From: a virus
Taxonomy: Duplodnaviria; Caudoviricetes
DNA length: 64,000 bases
IMG/VR virus record: IMGVR_UViG_2596583697_000001
Span: 32,001-96,000 of that record
Strand: one strand, 5' to 3'
Shown here: positions 40,910-52,571 of the stretch, piece after piece
Layout of the letters: each line of letters begins with the position of its first letter
Position numbering within the stretch: the first letter of the stretch is position 1
Translations under genes and position numbers: made by a program
The notes under the pieces: generated by a model
What the model saw: the letters and a program-made list of their open reading frames with translations, nothing else
The model's database searches: none
Told to the model about the DNA's origin: nothing

Positions 40910-43001
40910 TAAAGAGCAAGTCAATGAATACGATTTCAAAAACATAGGAGTAAAAATTAAAACAAAATCATTATTTGGTGAGGAGAAAAAGAAAATGGGA
41001 AAAGAATTAACATATATAAATAATTACGGATTATGGAAAGTTACTACGGAAGGTGACTGTGAAGGTAAATCAACTAGAGATTTAGGAATACATAAAGGCT
41101 ATATTGACGAAATTGCTTTTGCTTTAGCAGATAAGTGTTTCTATTCTCTAAATTTTAAATATTTATTTGAATCAGAATACAACAAAATATCAACTCCAAA
41201 ACGTAGTGAGGTAAGCGTTACGTTAGATATTGACTCCGGAACGTGGGATTTATCAAGCGAAGAACGGGTAAAGTGGGCGAAAAAATTACTATCAGGAAGA
41301 GATGTTGATGTATCAAAAGGACAGTACTATGCAAGTTTTGTAATTAAAACGAGCAAAAAGACTGTAGAGGATATTAGAAGAGAGGCTTTCAATAAACTCA
41401 CAAAAGAAGAAATTGATGCATTGGGAATAAGATCAAAGGATAATTTGATAAGGAGAAAAATATGCTTAGTAAAGAAAATATAATGGAAATTATTGAAGAT
41501 CATCAGAAAGAAATTGATGAGTTGAAAACCGAATTAAAAAATACATCTAGTAAGATAGTCATCGGAGCCATTGAGAACAGGTTGTCATTCTTGTACGATA
41601 ACCAATATAGATACAAGATGCAAGCACGAGCGTGGGGATTGATTGAGCTAGATTAAATTAGGATTTCCCGGAACAGGAGGAACTATGAAGAAAGGAATCA
41701 AAGAAAGAGATATTAGGGATTTTGAAAAGCAATGCCTTAAGCTTAAGAACGTAATGGATAAGATAGTGGATTATGCTCCAGAAGCTAATTTATATGTAGA
41801 CGGTGCTGGCAGTATACATCTAATGTGTGATAGTAAGCATGAAGGATTTGGCGGAAGCCCTTCGCAAGATAGCATTGTCGCGAGTGTTTCAGTAGGATAC
41901 ATTGATTGTGGTGATTGGTGATTTAAACTGAAATTTGAACTTGATTAAAGGTGCATTTTATGAGGAAAGGAGAAAATTAAACAATGGAATTAAAAGAGTT
42001 TAAAGGTAGACATTTATTAAGTGGAGTGGAATATACTCAGCACCAAGAAAGAGAGGGTGAAGAGGATTGGGAAGATTACGGAAATGATTGTCTAATTTGT
42101 ATTGATGGAATTAATTATTTGATGATTGAAGACTTAAATGATGGGTATAGAAGCAGTATGTTAGATCCGGAAGTTACCGACAGAGAAATCAAGAATAGTT
42201 TTAAGGATCAGGAAGTGTTCATTAAACATCGGACTTATGGTTCTTACAGTGGGGAAGCTGCTGATGTAATGGAAATTTATTCGATGTCAGGTGATTTGAT
42301 TTTGGAGGTTGGAACCGAGAATATCGGAGATTATTATCCTGGAGCAATATTTGGCTATTATCCTGAAAATATGGACATCAATAAGATAGGATAAAATCGG
42401 AATTTTCTAAAGAAAGGAGCTGTGTTAATGGATGTTGTGGTTCAGTCAGATTATCAGGACATATATAGAATTACTGGCGGTGTCTTACTTGTAGTAAATA
42501 AGTTTAAACAAAAGGAAATTGATGGAGTGAAATATCCAAGAGTGAGTTACTGTAGAAGGAATAACTCAAGATTATATAAACAAGGCTGCCAGAATCATTT
42601 AAAGATATTGACAAAAGAATACATAAAAGAGGAATCCTGTTTCGGGCCAGCATGGAGTGTGCCATTAGGAACAGTATGCTATTGCGACATACCAATTGAA
42701 ATTGCACCTAAAGATGAATGGGAGTATCAGATCAAAACAAGTGGAGAGTCATTTTCCGGAAGAGATGAAAATATGATTGACTTTTTGAGAGAAATCGAAT
42801 CATTAATTAAAAAGACAGATAGAGGAAGTTTGGTCGCCGACTCTACCTGTCAGTAGGCAACACTCAGCGGATAGAATATAACATTTCTGTTGGCTTATTT
42901 CAAGCCAGTTATCCATGTATAAAATTATAATGAAACTCCGCTTTCTTCAGGTTTATAAAAACAAATAGTAGATACACACAATACGTTGAGGAGATGATTA
43001 A

Positions 43002-43961
43002 ATACTACAAATATTAGAATTATTCGGGGGAATTGGTTCTCCTAGAGTTGCGTTGAGAAACCTTGGTGTGCCAACAAAATCAATAGATTACGTAGAAATA
43101 GATGAAAAGGCAGTCAGAAGCTACAATGCAATGTTTGAAAATGAATTGAAGTATATAACTCAGTCTGTCGTTGGTTGGAATTTAAGGCCGGATATTTTGA
43201 TTCATGGCAGTCCATGTCAACAAGTCTCAATTTGTGGTTGGATAAGCCCAGTTGGAAGCCCAAAAGGAGCCGATGAGGGGTCAGGAACTGAATCTTCGCT
43301 TATGTGGGAAACAATACATATCATTCAGCAAATGGGTAAATGGAAGCCCAAAGTTGTTATTTGGGAAAATGTTAAAGGTGTTAGGTATAAGGGAATGAAA
43401 GATAATTTCCAAAGATACCTATACGAAATGGAACAGTTGGGATACACAAATAACCATAAATGTTTAGATGCAAGAGACTTTGGAATTCCACAAGCGAGAG
43501 AAAGAGTGTTTACGATCTCATGCTTAAATGGCGAAAAGTTTGATTTTGATAAATTAAAACATGTTCCAATGAGACCTTTGAGCGACTTTCTGCAAGAAAA
43601 AGTAAGCGATGCTTATAAAGTTACACAGCCAAGTATACTTAGTGCAATTGGTAGAACCAAAACAGCAAAACGTGCAACCGTTATTAGTGAATATGCATAC
43701 ACAATTACTGAGAGACAGGATAGGTGTCCTGCTCAAATAATTGATTGTGGTAATGGAGACTACCGATTTTTAACAGAACTGGAATGTTGGAGATTATTTG
43801 GATATTCTGATGAAGATTATTATGCAGCCGAAAGAGCTAATCCTAAAAAGAAATCAGCCATTGTAAACAGAGCCTTATATAAACAGTCGGGGAATAGCAT
43901 TGTGGTGCCTATTTTCGAAGAAATACTTAGAGTACTACTAAGAGATTACATGAAGTATTGA
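43002..43961 (+). CDS. DNA (cytosine-5) methyltransferase, probable ATA start
   Basis: Motif I LELFGGIG lies upstream of the track start; GSPCQ, WENV, QARERV, GNSI; TAA immediately before ATA 43002, GAGGAG 8 nt upstream. Confidence 0.88.
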   Translation: MLQILELFGGIGSPRVALRNLGVPTKSIDYVEIDEKAVRSYNAMFENELKYITQSVVGWNLRPDILIHGSPCQQVSICGWISPVGSPKGADEGSGTESSLMWETIHIIQQMGKWKPKVVIWENVKGVRYKGMKDNFQRYLYEMEQLGYTNNHKCLDARDFGIPQARERVFTISCLNGEKFDFDKLKHVPMRPLSDFLQEKVSDAYKVTQPSILSAIGRTKTAKRATVISEYAYTITERQDRCPAQIIDCGNGDYRFLTELECWRLFGYSDEDYYAAERANPKKKSAIVNRALYKQSGNSIVVPIFEEILRVLLRDYMKY

Positions 43962-44594
43962 AATTAAAGATTTATCAAGAAAGGAGAAATTGATTGAAAA
44001 CTGTAGCTAACTTTAGATGTAAGGAATGTGAAGATGTTTTTCGGGCAGAATCCGGAAAATTTACGAAGTGCAAATGTGGAAAGTGTGAAGTCGAACCAGG
44101 TGACATTGGTAGCACGGCATATAAAGGAAGCGTGTGTTTCGAGAGACTAAAAGATGGCGAAGATCACACATACTACGATGAAAATGATTTTTATATTATG
44201 GAAGGCGACGTTCTAGATTTATTTAACAAGACGAAGCTGATGTGTGAAGAACTAGATTTTCACATATACGAATCATTCAAGAAAGGTGAAGATGAGAGTG
44301 AATATTTGTCTTATCTGAACTACACAAAATCAGATCTAATTAACCATAATGAGATGAATGAAATTCAATTCTGTGTGAGATTTGATAAGTATTTTAATGA
44401 GAAGGATTACATTAGCCGCTTAGAATCATTTTATAACTTTCTTTTATATTTAAAAAGTAACCCAGAACTTTTAACCAAGAGAAAAGAATTGTTAAAATAT
44501 TCTGATGAAAAAGATGTTGAGTGGAGTAGAGAACAAGTAAAAGATTATGACTATAAGTTTTATTTTTAGAATAGAAACAGAGTTCAATTAAGAT

Positions 44595-45649
44595 ATGGAG
44601 GTAAAAATTATAGAGACAATATTACATACGAATAATGGAAAAATCATAAATGGAGATAATCTAGGCGTATTAGATGCATTAGAAACCAATTCAATTGATA
44701 GCTGCATTTCAGACTTTCCATATGACTTATCGTTTATGGGCAAGAAGTGGGACAACACTGGAAACTTCTATGAATGGAATAAGGAGAGAGCACTAAAGTT
44801 ACTTAAAGTGATGAAACCCGGAGGGTATGTGGCGATATTTGGACATCCAAAGACAAATCATAGAATGAAGTGTGCTTTTGAAGATTCAGGATTTAAGATT
44901 GTCGAAGAGATTGATTGGGTCTATCTGACTGGGATGCCAAAGAATCAAGATATAGGCAAGCTCTTTGATAAAGCTAATATAGTAGAATTAGCAAAGAAAT
45001 GGAGTGGCTGGAAGACTTCTGGCCTGAAGCCCACACATGAGCCTATCACAATATTCCAGAAACCATTAGAAGGTACATATGTCCAAAATATTAAAAAGTA
45101 CGACTGCGGTGGAATGAATATTGATGCTTGCAGAGTTCCTATATCTAAGGAAGACGTTGATATGCTAAATGCCAAAGCATCTAAAACACCAACCACTAAT
45201 TATTCAGATAGAGATGACCGTATCTACGGTAAGTATGCAGAAGATAAGGCCATGCCTCCTAACGAGTTGGGAAGGTTTCCGTCAAACATTGTTGTAGATG
45301 AGTTTGTCGCGGAATTGTTAGATGATCAGATAAAAGATGGAAGCAAATATTTTACTGTCATCAAATATGAACCAAAGATCTCGCCTTCAGAAAAAAACTC
45401 CCCAATGGTGAGCGCAATCCACATGTCACACCAAAACCTGTTGAGTTAATCAAATGGCTGATTAAATTACTTACTCCAATTAACGGTACAACCATTGATA
45501 TCACTGCGGGAAGCTGCACTCATGCTGTGGCTTGTGAAGAACTCAATAAAAATGATGGCTATAGATTGAGATACATAAATGTTGAATTGATGAATACTAA
45601 AGAAGAACCTTACTGTAGTGTAGGAGAAATGAGAGTAAAAGCAGTTTAG
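44595..45649 (+). pseudogene. Beta-class N6A/N4C DNA methyltransferase split by a -1 frameshift at an A7 run (45391-97)
   Basis: Frame 0 has SDFPY, KPGG, LKPTHEP; the -1 frame continues HVTPKPVEL...TIDITAGSCT (SAM-binding) to TAG 45649. Confidence 0.75.
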
Positions 45650-46170
45650 GATAAAATGAAAATTTCAAGAAATTAATTTAGGAGAGCAAAAATAAATGGA
45701 AAGAAATCATAGATTAACAGTTAAAGAAATGATAGAGGAATTATCTAAATGTAATCCTGACGCAGAGGTCATTGCAGAGAGTCCATATAGGGATCAATTT
45801 AGAATATATACCGTAACTGAAAGTGATTGCAAGTCAGTCATTTGGCTTGAGGCTTAGTAATTGAAGGTATGATTTTAAGGAGGGGTTATGGAGAAAGCAA
45901 AGGTTTTTAATACACCAAAAGAAATTGTTGAATACTATTTTTCTAATAGGATTAGTAATGCTTGTGGCGGAGGAGTTATCGGTTGCCCATATGAACAATG
46001 TTATTCCGGATATATAAATTTACTTGAAAATGAGTGCGCTAAGTATTGTAAGGGTTTTGAAGCTGGTAAGACTCCGGACGAGATATGTGGAGAATGTTGG
46101 AATCAGCAGCTAAAGTAACTTTAAATTGACGAATTCAAAGGAGGGATAATAGAGGAACAGTAATAATTTA

Positions 46171-46214
46171 ACCCACATAAATAGCGCTTATTAGAAAAAG
46201 GCATTTATGTGGGT
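46171..46214. terminator. Hairpin between convergent genes
   Basis: ACCCACATAAAT...ATTTATGTGGGT 12-bp stem. Confidence 0.6.
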
Positions 46215-46230
46215 CATACAATCCATTTTA

Positions 46231-46896
46231 TTAGTATTCTCCATCTGCAGCGATAACTGCTTCTAATGGTGGTGTATCTCCAACAAGACCAACCGCAAAA
46301 ATGCTATAAACTGCTCCGGGCATAAGATATACATCTGGTATTGTTAATACAACCTGATTGCTTCCAGTCGGTCTGACTTGAAGGGTATAAGTTCCTGGTT
46401 TTACAGCAATGTAGTCAGTAAATTGTGTATAGGATACATCTTCAAAGAGTTTCGTTCCGTTTGTCAGTGTAATGTCAACTGCGGGAGCGTTTGGAGACAG
46501 ATGCACAAACCGTACATATGAAGTATTTCTCATTCCCATTGGCATATTAGGCATAAACATTTCAGGGAAAGGCATTAAACTTATATTCGCTAATTCTCCA
46601 GCAGCCGCTATCGTAAATGCACTGTCTTGTGGAATGGTAACATTTGTATCAATGACAGCAGTTGTTTGATTTCCTGCTGGATACACCTGAATCTGATAAT
46701 TACCGGGCATAATTGGAATGTAATTAGTTAACTGTTTATAGGAAAGCCCTTCTGCTATTATATTATTATTTGCATATATGTCCACCGCTGGAGCATCAGG
46801 AGAGGCGTGAAGAATTCGTACGAAAGACATCTGACGTGCTTGCTGCATGGAATAGTAAGAGTTACCTTGATGGGTATACATATACATAATTCTCAA
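46231..46896 (-). CDS. DUF4397-domain protein (moron-like, opposite strand)
   Basis: Two repeats VRILHASPDAPAVDI / VRFVHLSPNAPAVDI. Confidence 0.85.
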   Translation of the reverse strand: MRIMYMYTHQGNSYYSMQQARQMSFVRILHASPDAPAVDIYANNNIIAEGLSYKQLTNYIPIMPGNYQIQVYPAGNQTTAVIDTNVTIPQDSAFTIAAAGELANISLMPFPEMFMPNMPMGMRNTSYVRFVHLSPNAPAVDITLTNGTKLFEDVSYTQFTDYIAVKPGTYTLQVRPTGSNQVVLTIPDVYLMPGAVYSIFAVGLVGDTPPLEAVIAADGEY

Positions 46897-47207
46897 CCTT
46901 AAGGGTTTTGATATATACTATGAAATGCGATTTGTATTGTTACTATTAATACAAAGTATTTTAAAATTTTTTTAACAGGCCGTCATGCGTTTATTATATA
47001 AGTTTGATGAAATATCAACTACGAGTGATTTAGCGGAATTTATTATTAATAAGTCATTTTAGAGAGTGTGATTAAAAATGAATCAAGCAACCATTATAAA
47101 AGAAACAGTTAAAAAGATGTTCTCAAAGAGTTAATTAAAGACCTACAAGAAGAACGTATTTATCTACTTGCCACGGTTACAGAAGGTTAGTTGATATATA
47201 GATGAAA

Positions 47208-47496
47208 GTAACGTTTCCAAGTCATTACTAATATTAATCCGGTAAAATTTATGTATATTGCCTTGTTTGTCAAAGCCTTTAATTATTTGTCTGTCTAACC
47301 AAAAATAACCCTCTTTTAATTCTGATAATTTTTCACCAGTGGTATCTCGTAGGAACGTGAGATATTCGTTAAATATTGGATTCACTCAATACCTGAGTGT
47401 AATGTACATTACTTTTTAACTAGTATTATCTTTCCCTTTCTTTATTTTTGACGTTTGCAACCGTCAGTTTATTTTATAAGTGGGATGAAACGTTAC
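47208..47496. mobile_element. 289-bp inverted segment carrying the leader and first 56 codons of the PAPS-reductase-like gene
   Basis: Inverted 10-bp repeats GTAACGTTTC (47208-17) and GAAACGTTAC (47487-96); both ORFs read ETL in frame across the repeat. Confidence 0.8.
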
Positions 47497-48620
47497 ATTT
47501 AAGTAAAGCAAAAGATTATCGGGATATTAACGATATTGAATTAGCAAGTTGGAATGACCTTATTGAGTTAAATAAGGAACACTTAGAAAACATAGAATCA
47601 GATTCTTTAAATTTAATCAAAGATAAAATGGAGAAATATAAAGGACATGATTCGCTAATTCCTGTGTCAATGGGAAAAGATTCTATGGTTGTATCTCATC
47701 TTGTAAGATCTTTATATCCCAACACTAAGGCAATTTTCAATAATACATCACTTGATTGTGCCGACACATATAAAATGGTTAAACATTTTCCTAGCTGTGA
47801 AATTATGAATCCCGACAAAGGATTCTATCAATATGTCGCATCAGACCATATGATACCAACAAGATTTTCGAGATTCTGTTGTAGAATTTTCAAAGTTGGG
47901 GTTATGGTTTCAAAATTAGGCCACGAACACCCATATCTCATGTGGATGGGCATGAGAAACGAAGAATCTGCTACAAGAAGTGGCTATACAGATGAATGGA
48001 TTAATGAATCAGAATGGGGGAATACGAAATGGCAAGGTATTCTTCCTATTAGAAAGTGGACAGAGTTAGACATTTGGCTATATACATTATGGAGAAATAT
48101 TGATATCAATCCTAAATATAAAAAGGGATATAGTAGATGTGGCTGCCATATAGCTTGCCCATATTATAACAAATCCACATGGACATTGGATAAGTATTGG
48201 TATTCAAAATCGTATGATAGATGGAGAAATATATTAGAGAAAGATTTTATTGAAAATAAGAAATGGATTGTGATGAATTGTACAATTAGTGAATATTTAA
48301 CACAAGCTTGGAATGGTGGAATTTATAGAGACGAACCCACAAAAGAAGTTATAGAAGAATTCGCTCAATATAACAATCTTCAATACGATATTGCCGAAAA
48401 GTATTTCAATAAATATTGTGAGAATGAATGTAAAACTCAATCTGGAAAAATCAAGAAAATTAAGGACAAACAGGTACTGGGAATGAACATGAAACTACAT
48501 GGGATAAATACTAATAAGTTTTATTGCAAATCGTGTTTAATGAAAATGCATTATATTGACAATGAACAATGGGATAAGTATATAGATGATTTTAAAAAAT
48601 CAGGATGTGACTTGTTCTAA
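47487..48620 (+). CDS. PAPS-reductase/DndC-like PP-loop protein, 3' part (5' part inverted at 47385-47217)
   Basis: VSMGKDS PP-loop, RFCC, GMRNEES, PIRKW, RCGCHIACP; Cys-rich C-terminus. Confidence 0.8.
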   Translation, partial: ETLHLSKAKDYRDINDIELASWNDLIELNKEHLENIESDSLNLIKDKMEKYKGHDSLIPVSMGKDSMVVSHLVRSLYPNTKAIFNNTSLDCADTYKMVKHFPSCEIMNPDKGFYQYVASDHMIPTRFSRFCCRIFKVGVMVSKLGHEHPYLMWMGMRNEESATRSGYTDEWINESEWGNTKWQGILPIRKWTELDIWLYTLWRNIDINPKYKKGYSRCGCHIACPYYNKSTWTLDKYWYSKSYDRWRNILEKDFIENKKWIVMNCTISEYLTQAWNGGIYRDEPTKEVIEEFAQYNNLQYDIAEKYFNKYCENECKTQSGKIKKIKDKQVLGMNMKLHGINTNKFYCKSCLMKMHYIDNEQWDKYIDDFKKSGCDLF

Positions 48621-51600
48621 TGAAATAATACTTTGATTGGAGAATAAAATGGCGACAGAAAAACAAGATATGTCTAATTGCTGTAAATGATGGGAGGAAA
48701 GATGGGTGATTTAGGCTGGGTTATAATAATTGCAATTGCTGCAGTTGTGGCAGTAATTGAAAAGATATGTGATACATACAAGGAAACTCATAAAAAGGAC
48801 AAAGATAAATAACATTAAAATCAACATTTAATGGGGAAATACGAAATTTTCAAAGAAGACTATATGAAAAATAGGAGGATTAAAAGATGAGATATATTTC
48901 AGATGATAACAAGGTATTTAATTCAGAACAGGAGTGTTTAAATCATGAAAAGGCTATTACTTCCGAAAGAGCAAAGCGTGAAAAATTACTTGCTGAAAAA
49001 AATAAGCGCAGTGATGAAGTAAGGAAAATAGGCAATGATTTTGTAAAACTACATAAGAAGTTCGTAGATGACTACGGTGAGGAGATTGCTTTTGATAACG
49101 ACTTGGAGTCACTGGCTTCCTGGTACAGTACGCTTCCATTTTTATTTAGGTCAGGTAGATTTGGTATATAAATACGGGATAAAAGAACAGTTTGATGGAA
49201 GGAGGGAATAAATTTGTTTAGCGGAATCTTAGGTGGGTTATTTTTTGCATTTATACTTGCATTTTTCGGTGCAGACAGTGCATTTTTGAAAGCAGTAGAG
49301 CCATTTATAAATGTAAAGTTAACCACTACTCATTGGTACATAATGTTTGCAATTATTGGTGGGATTGCAGGTTTATTTGGTAGAGACAACTAAAGATATA
49401 TTTTATGAGAAAAGAGGTGAATTTAACGAAAAGAATGTCAAGAGATTCGTGGGAGTGGAAGAAGATTCAATATTTTAAGAACTTGTCTATCAGAAAATTC
49501 TATCCAAGGTTTTTGTATTATAAGTGCGATAAATGCGAAGAAGAGTTCATAAAAGAAGCAATGTATGAGTGTGCGGAACCAAGTATTATTGGTTGTTCTT
49601 GGAATTACCACAAATATGGCTGTTCTCATTGCTTTGATAGCATCGATGGCTTTCAGAACTGGTTAATTAAAAGCGGCAAGATCCTTGTGGAAGATGACTT
49701 TAATGTCCGCGGAGATCTGAACAAAATGAGAAAATTGCTATTTAAAAAGAGGGAGGGGTTAAATGTGTTTGGCAGGTTAAGAAAACTACTTGGCGATTTG
49801 TTAGAACCAGAAATTGAAACATTCCAAAAGAAAGAAGTAATCTTTAAAACTACAGATTGTAAATTACATAAAAATTCCTCATATAAATGGTGTAGAATCT
49901 CTGGATTGATATCCCGAAATTTTGAAAAATACGCAATGATTGGAATTACTTCAGACGGCTACTTGAAAGATGACGATGGACTCCTATTTCCATTGAATAA
50001 TATCATTTCTATGCAGTGGAATTTAAGTGACGAAACGGAAAGAATTAGTAGATATAAAGATCAGTATAAAATTTGGTTCAGTGACAATGAATTAGCAGAA
50101 ATGGAATTACCATAAAACAGTACTTTTCTGAGAAAGGAAAATTTAATGAATGTAATGAAAAATATACGGTTTATTGTTACAAATGAGGAGATCTTAAGTG
50201 AAAGAAGGGTTAGTGTAGTATATAATTTCAATGAAAATGACTACTGCGTAACGTTTAAGCCAGAAGATTCAGATTTTTCTATGGGTAATAGCTTTGTTAA
50301 AGCATGGATTGAGGAGAAAAATCCGCATATCCTATATCTTGACGTAGAAGAGGAAGATAACTCTAAAATTAATATATCCTCATTTAAAATTAATTATTTA
50401 GAGAGAACGTATTCAATAACTAGAAATAGTGTTGAAAATGAATTGTGGAGGTCTAAATGAATAAAGAAGACGAATTAAAACTTGAAGCAGCCATTAAGGA
50501 AAACATGGACAAGGTAAGATTTGATGGATTATCTGCTGGAGCAAAAGGGATTTCCGGTGCTATCTTGGAAATTTGCAATGATAAGAATATTAAGAATGAT
50601 ACAGTCAGGATCAACAAGATTAGAGATTTCTGTATGACTGGACTTGGATTGAAGAAAGTGTAATGATATAAATAAGGACGGATTAAATGAAAAATGATTT
50701 AATTAGTGTATTGAAAAAAGAGGGGAAATATGTATTACTCGTAAAAGTACGTAAAGAATTTGATGGCATTGTAATGAGAAACGATATTATAGAATTAGAT
50801 AAAAATGATATTCTTGATGTCGATGTACAAAATCAAATAGATAAATATATGTCACAACATGATATTAGAAAAATTATATTAAATGATAATGTTGTTTGGG
50901 AAGCATCAAAGAGAACGGTTTTGGATATGACAGGGCAAAATGGACGAATGTATTAAACTTAATAGAAACATTCTTTTATAGTGAAAGGAGATGTATAAAG
51001 TGATTGATATTAAAAATTTAGGAAAACAAAAATATATTTATCGCATTTATGAAACAGAAGACGATGTTCTTCATCGTGAAAAATATCCGATAATCTATAT
51101 AAACAGCAAGGTTATATATTTTAAAGATGCCAGAAAGAAAGAATATTTAAACTATACTGTGACTTCAAATGTATTAAATAACTTTACTGAATTCTATAGA
51201 AAATCGTGGATTTTTAGTCCTGGTTGGAGTCCATGTTTTGATAAATATTTTTGGAATTGTGACCCAGACATCAAAGAAATCTATGCTGATTTGTTGGTAC
51301 AAAGGGATGTACTTAGAAAGAAAGATGCCGAAGAAAAAAGAAAGTTTCGTCTTGAAAAAGCAAAAAAGGAGTATGAAGCAGCATTAAAGGACGCATGTGT
51401 ATAATATATCAATTTGCCACGAAAGGAGAACGAATGCCAATAAGTTATTTACATAGTAATCCAGATATTAGAGGAGAGGTCTGTCCAATTTGCGGTAAGC
51501 GGTCATGGAGCATATATAAATGTGATGATTGTGGGAAGGTATTTTGTAAGTATTGTCGGCCAGATCTTGTAAATTTGCTTGATGACGACAGGTTTGGTGA

Positions 51601-51944
51601 TTTAGAAGTCAGTTGTGATTGTGGCAGCACAACATTATTTTTAGATGAATAGGAGAAGTTCAATATGAAACCATTAGTATATTTTGATTTTGAAGAGTAT
51701 GACGGCGACAATAATTTGGTATTAGTAGATAAGAAAAGGCTACAGGAGATTTTAGAGGAAGTATATAATGCCGGGTTTACTGACGGTAACAAATCAAGTC
51801 CGGTAACAGTGCCTACATATGGAAATTTGAGACATTCTTTTCGAGGTGACGAGGTGACATGCGGTGATATTAACACAAATACACCTGTCGCTAAAAGAGG
51901 AGTTGTAATTACCTGAGACGCTGAAACTAATAGTAAATCTTAAT

Positions 51945-52571
51945 TTAGTTCTTTTTAATGTATAAAAATGTGTAAAGAACCAAAGATTCAAAAACAATTG
52001 GTATCATCCCAATTAATACATTATTCCACTCGCCATTGATGAGATATATATAAATGGCCGAGACGCTATATATTAATAGTCCACAAATTATAAATATCGA
52101 AACATAGTAAAACCTGTCCATTTTATTTAATCGTTTGTAATTGTTTAATATAGAATTCGTTGGATAGCCCAATTCCAGTTTAAGCTTTTCGTAATCTCCT
52201 TCTATTTGATATATAAAAGCTGATATATGAAAATGGTTCGGGTTCTTTGCGGTAGCTTGTGTTTTAAAATTCTCATATAGGTTAATCGTTTTAGGATAAA
52301 CATATTGATAATTTTTATAGATGATTTTGTCTACCTTTTTGATAAATATTGGAACATTGTCTTTACTGCCTTCAATGTTGTATTGTATCATTAATAAATA
52401 CATGGGTAAATATACTAAATCGAATTGGGACTGTTTTATTTCTCGTTTTTTGGGAGCAGTTAGGTTTTTCGATGTGAAATAATATGTTAATAAACAAGGA
52501 ATAATTATTTTAAATATATCTAGTACAATGTTTGAATTGGCTCTATAAAAATCAATAATTAATTTTAACAT
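51945..52571 (-). CDS. Membrane protein (moron-like, opposite strand)
   Basis: N- and C-terminal hydrophobic segments; bounded by sites at 51932 and 52631. Confidence 0.6.
   Translation of the reverse strand: MLKLIIDFYRANSNIVLDIFKIIIPCLLTYYFTSKNLTAPKKREIKQSQFDLVYLPMYLLMIQYNIEGSKDNVPIFIKKVDKIIYKNYQYVYPKTINLYENFKTQATAKNPNHFHISAFIYQIEGDYEKLKLELGYPTNSILNNYKRLNKMDRFYYVSIFIICGLLIYSVSAIYIYLINGEWNNVLIGMIPIVFESLVLYTFLYIKKN

Noticed and set aside
47448-47486. Track start (TTG 47448) for the PAPS-reductase-like gene
   Set aside because: No RBS; these codons are the antisense of the gene's own inverted leader
47487-48620. Complete Dnd phosphorothioation system
   Set aside because: Only a PAPS-reductase/DndC-like gene is present; no dndB/D/E or cysteine desulfurase recognised in the window
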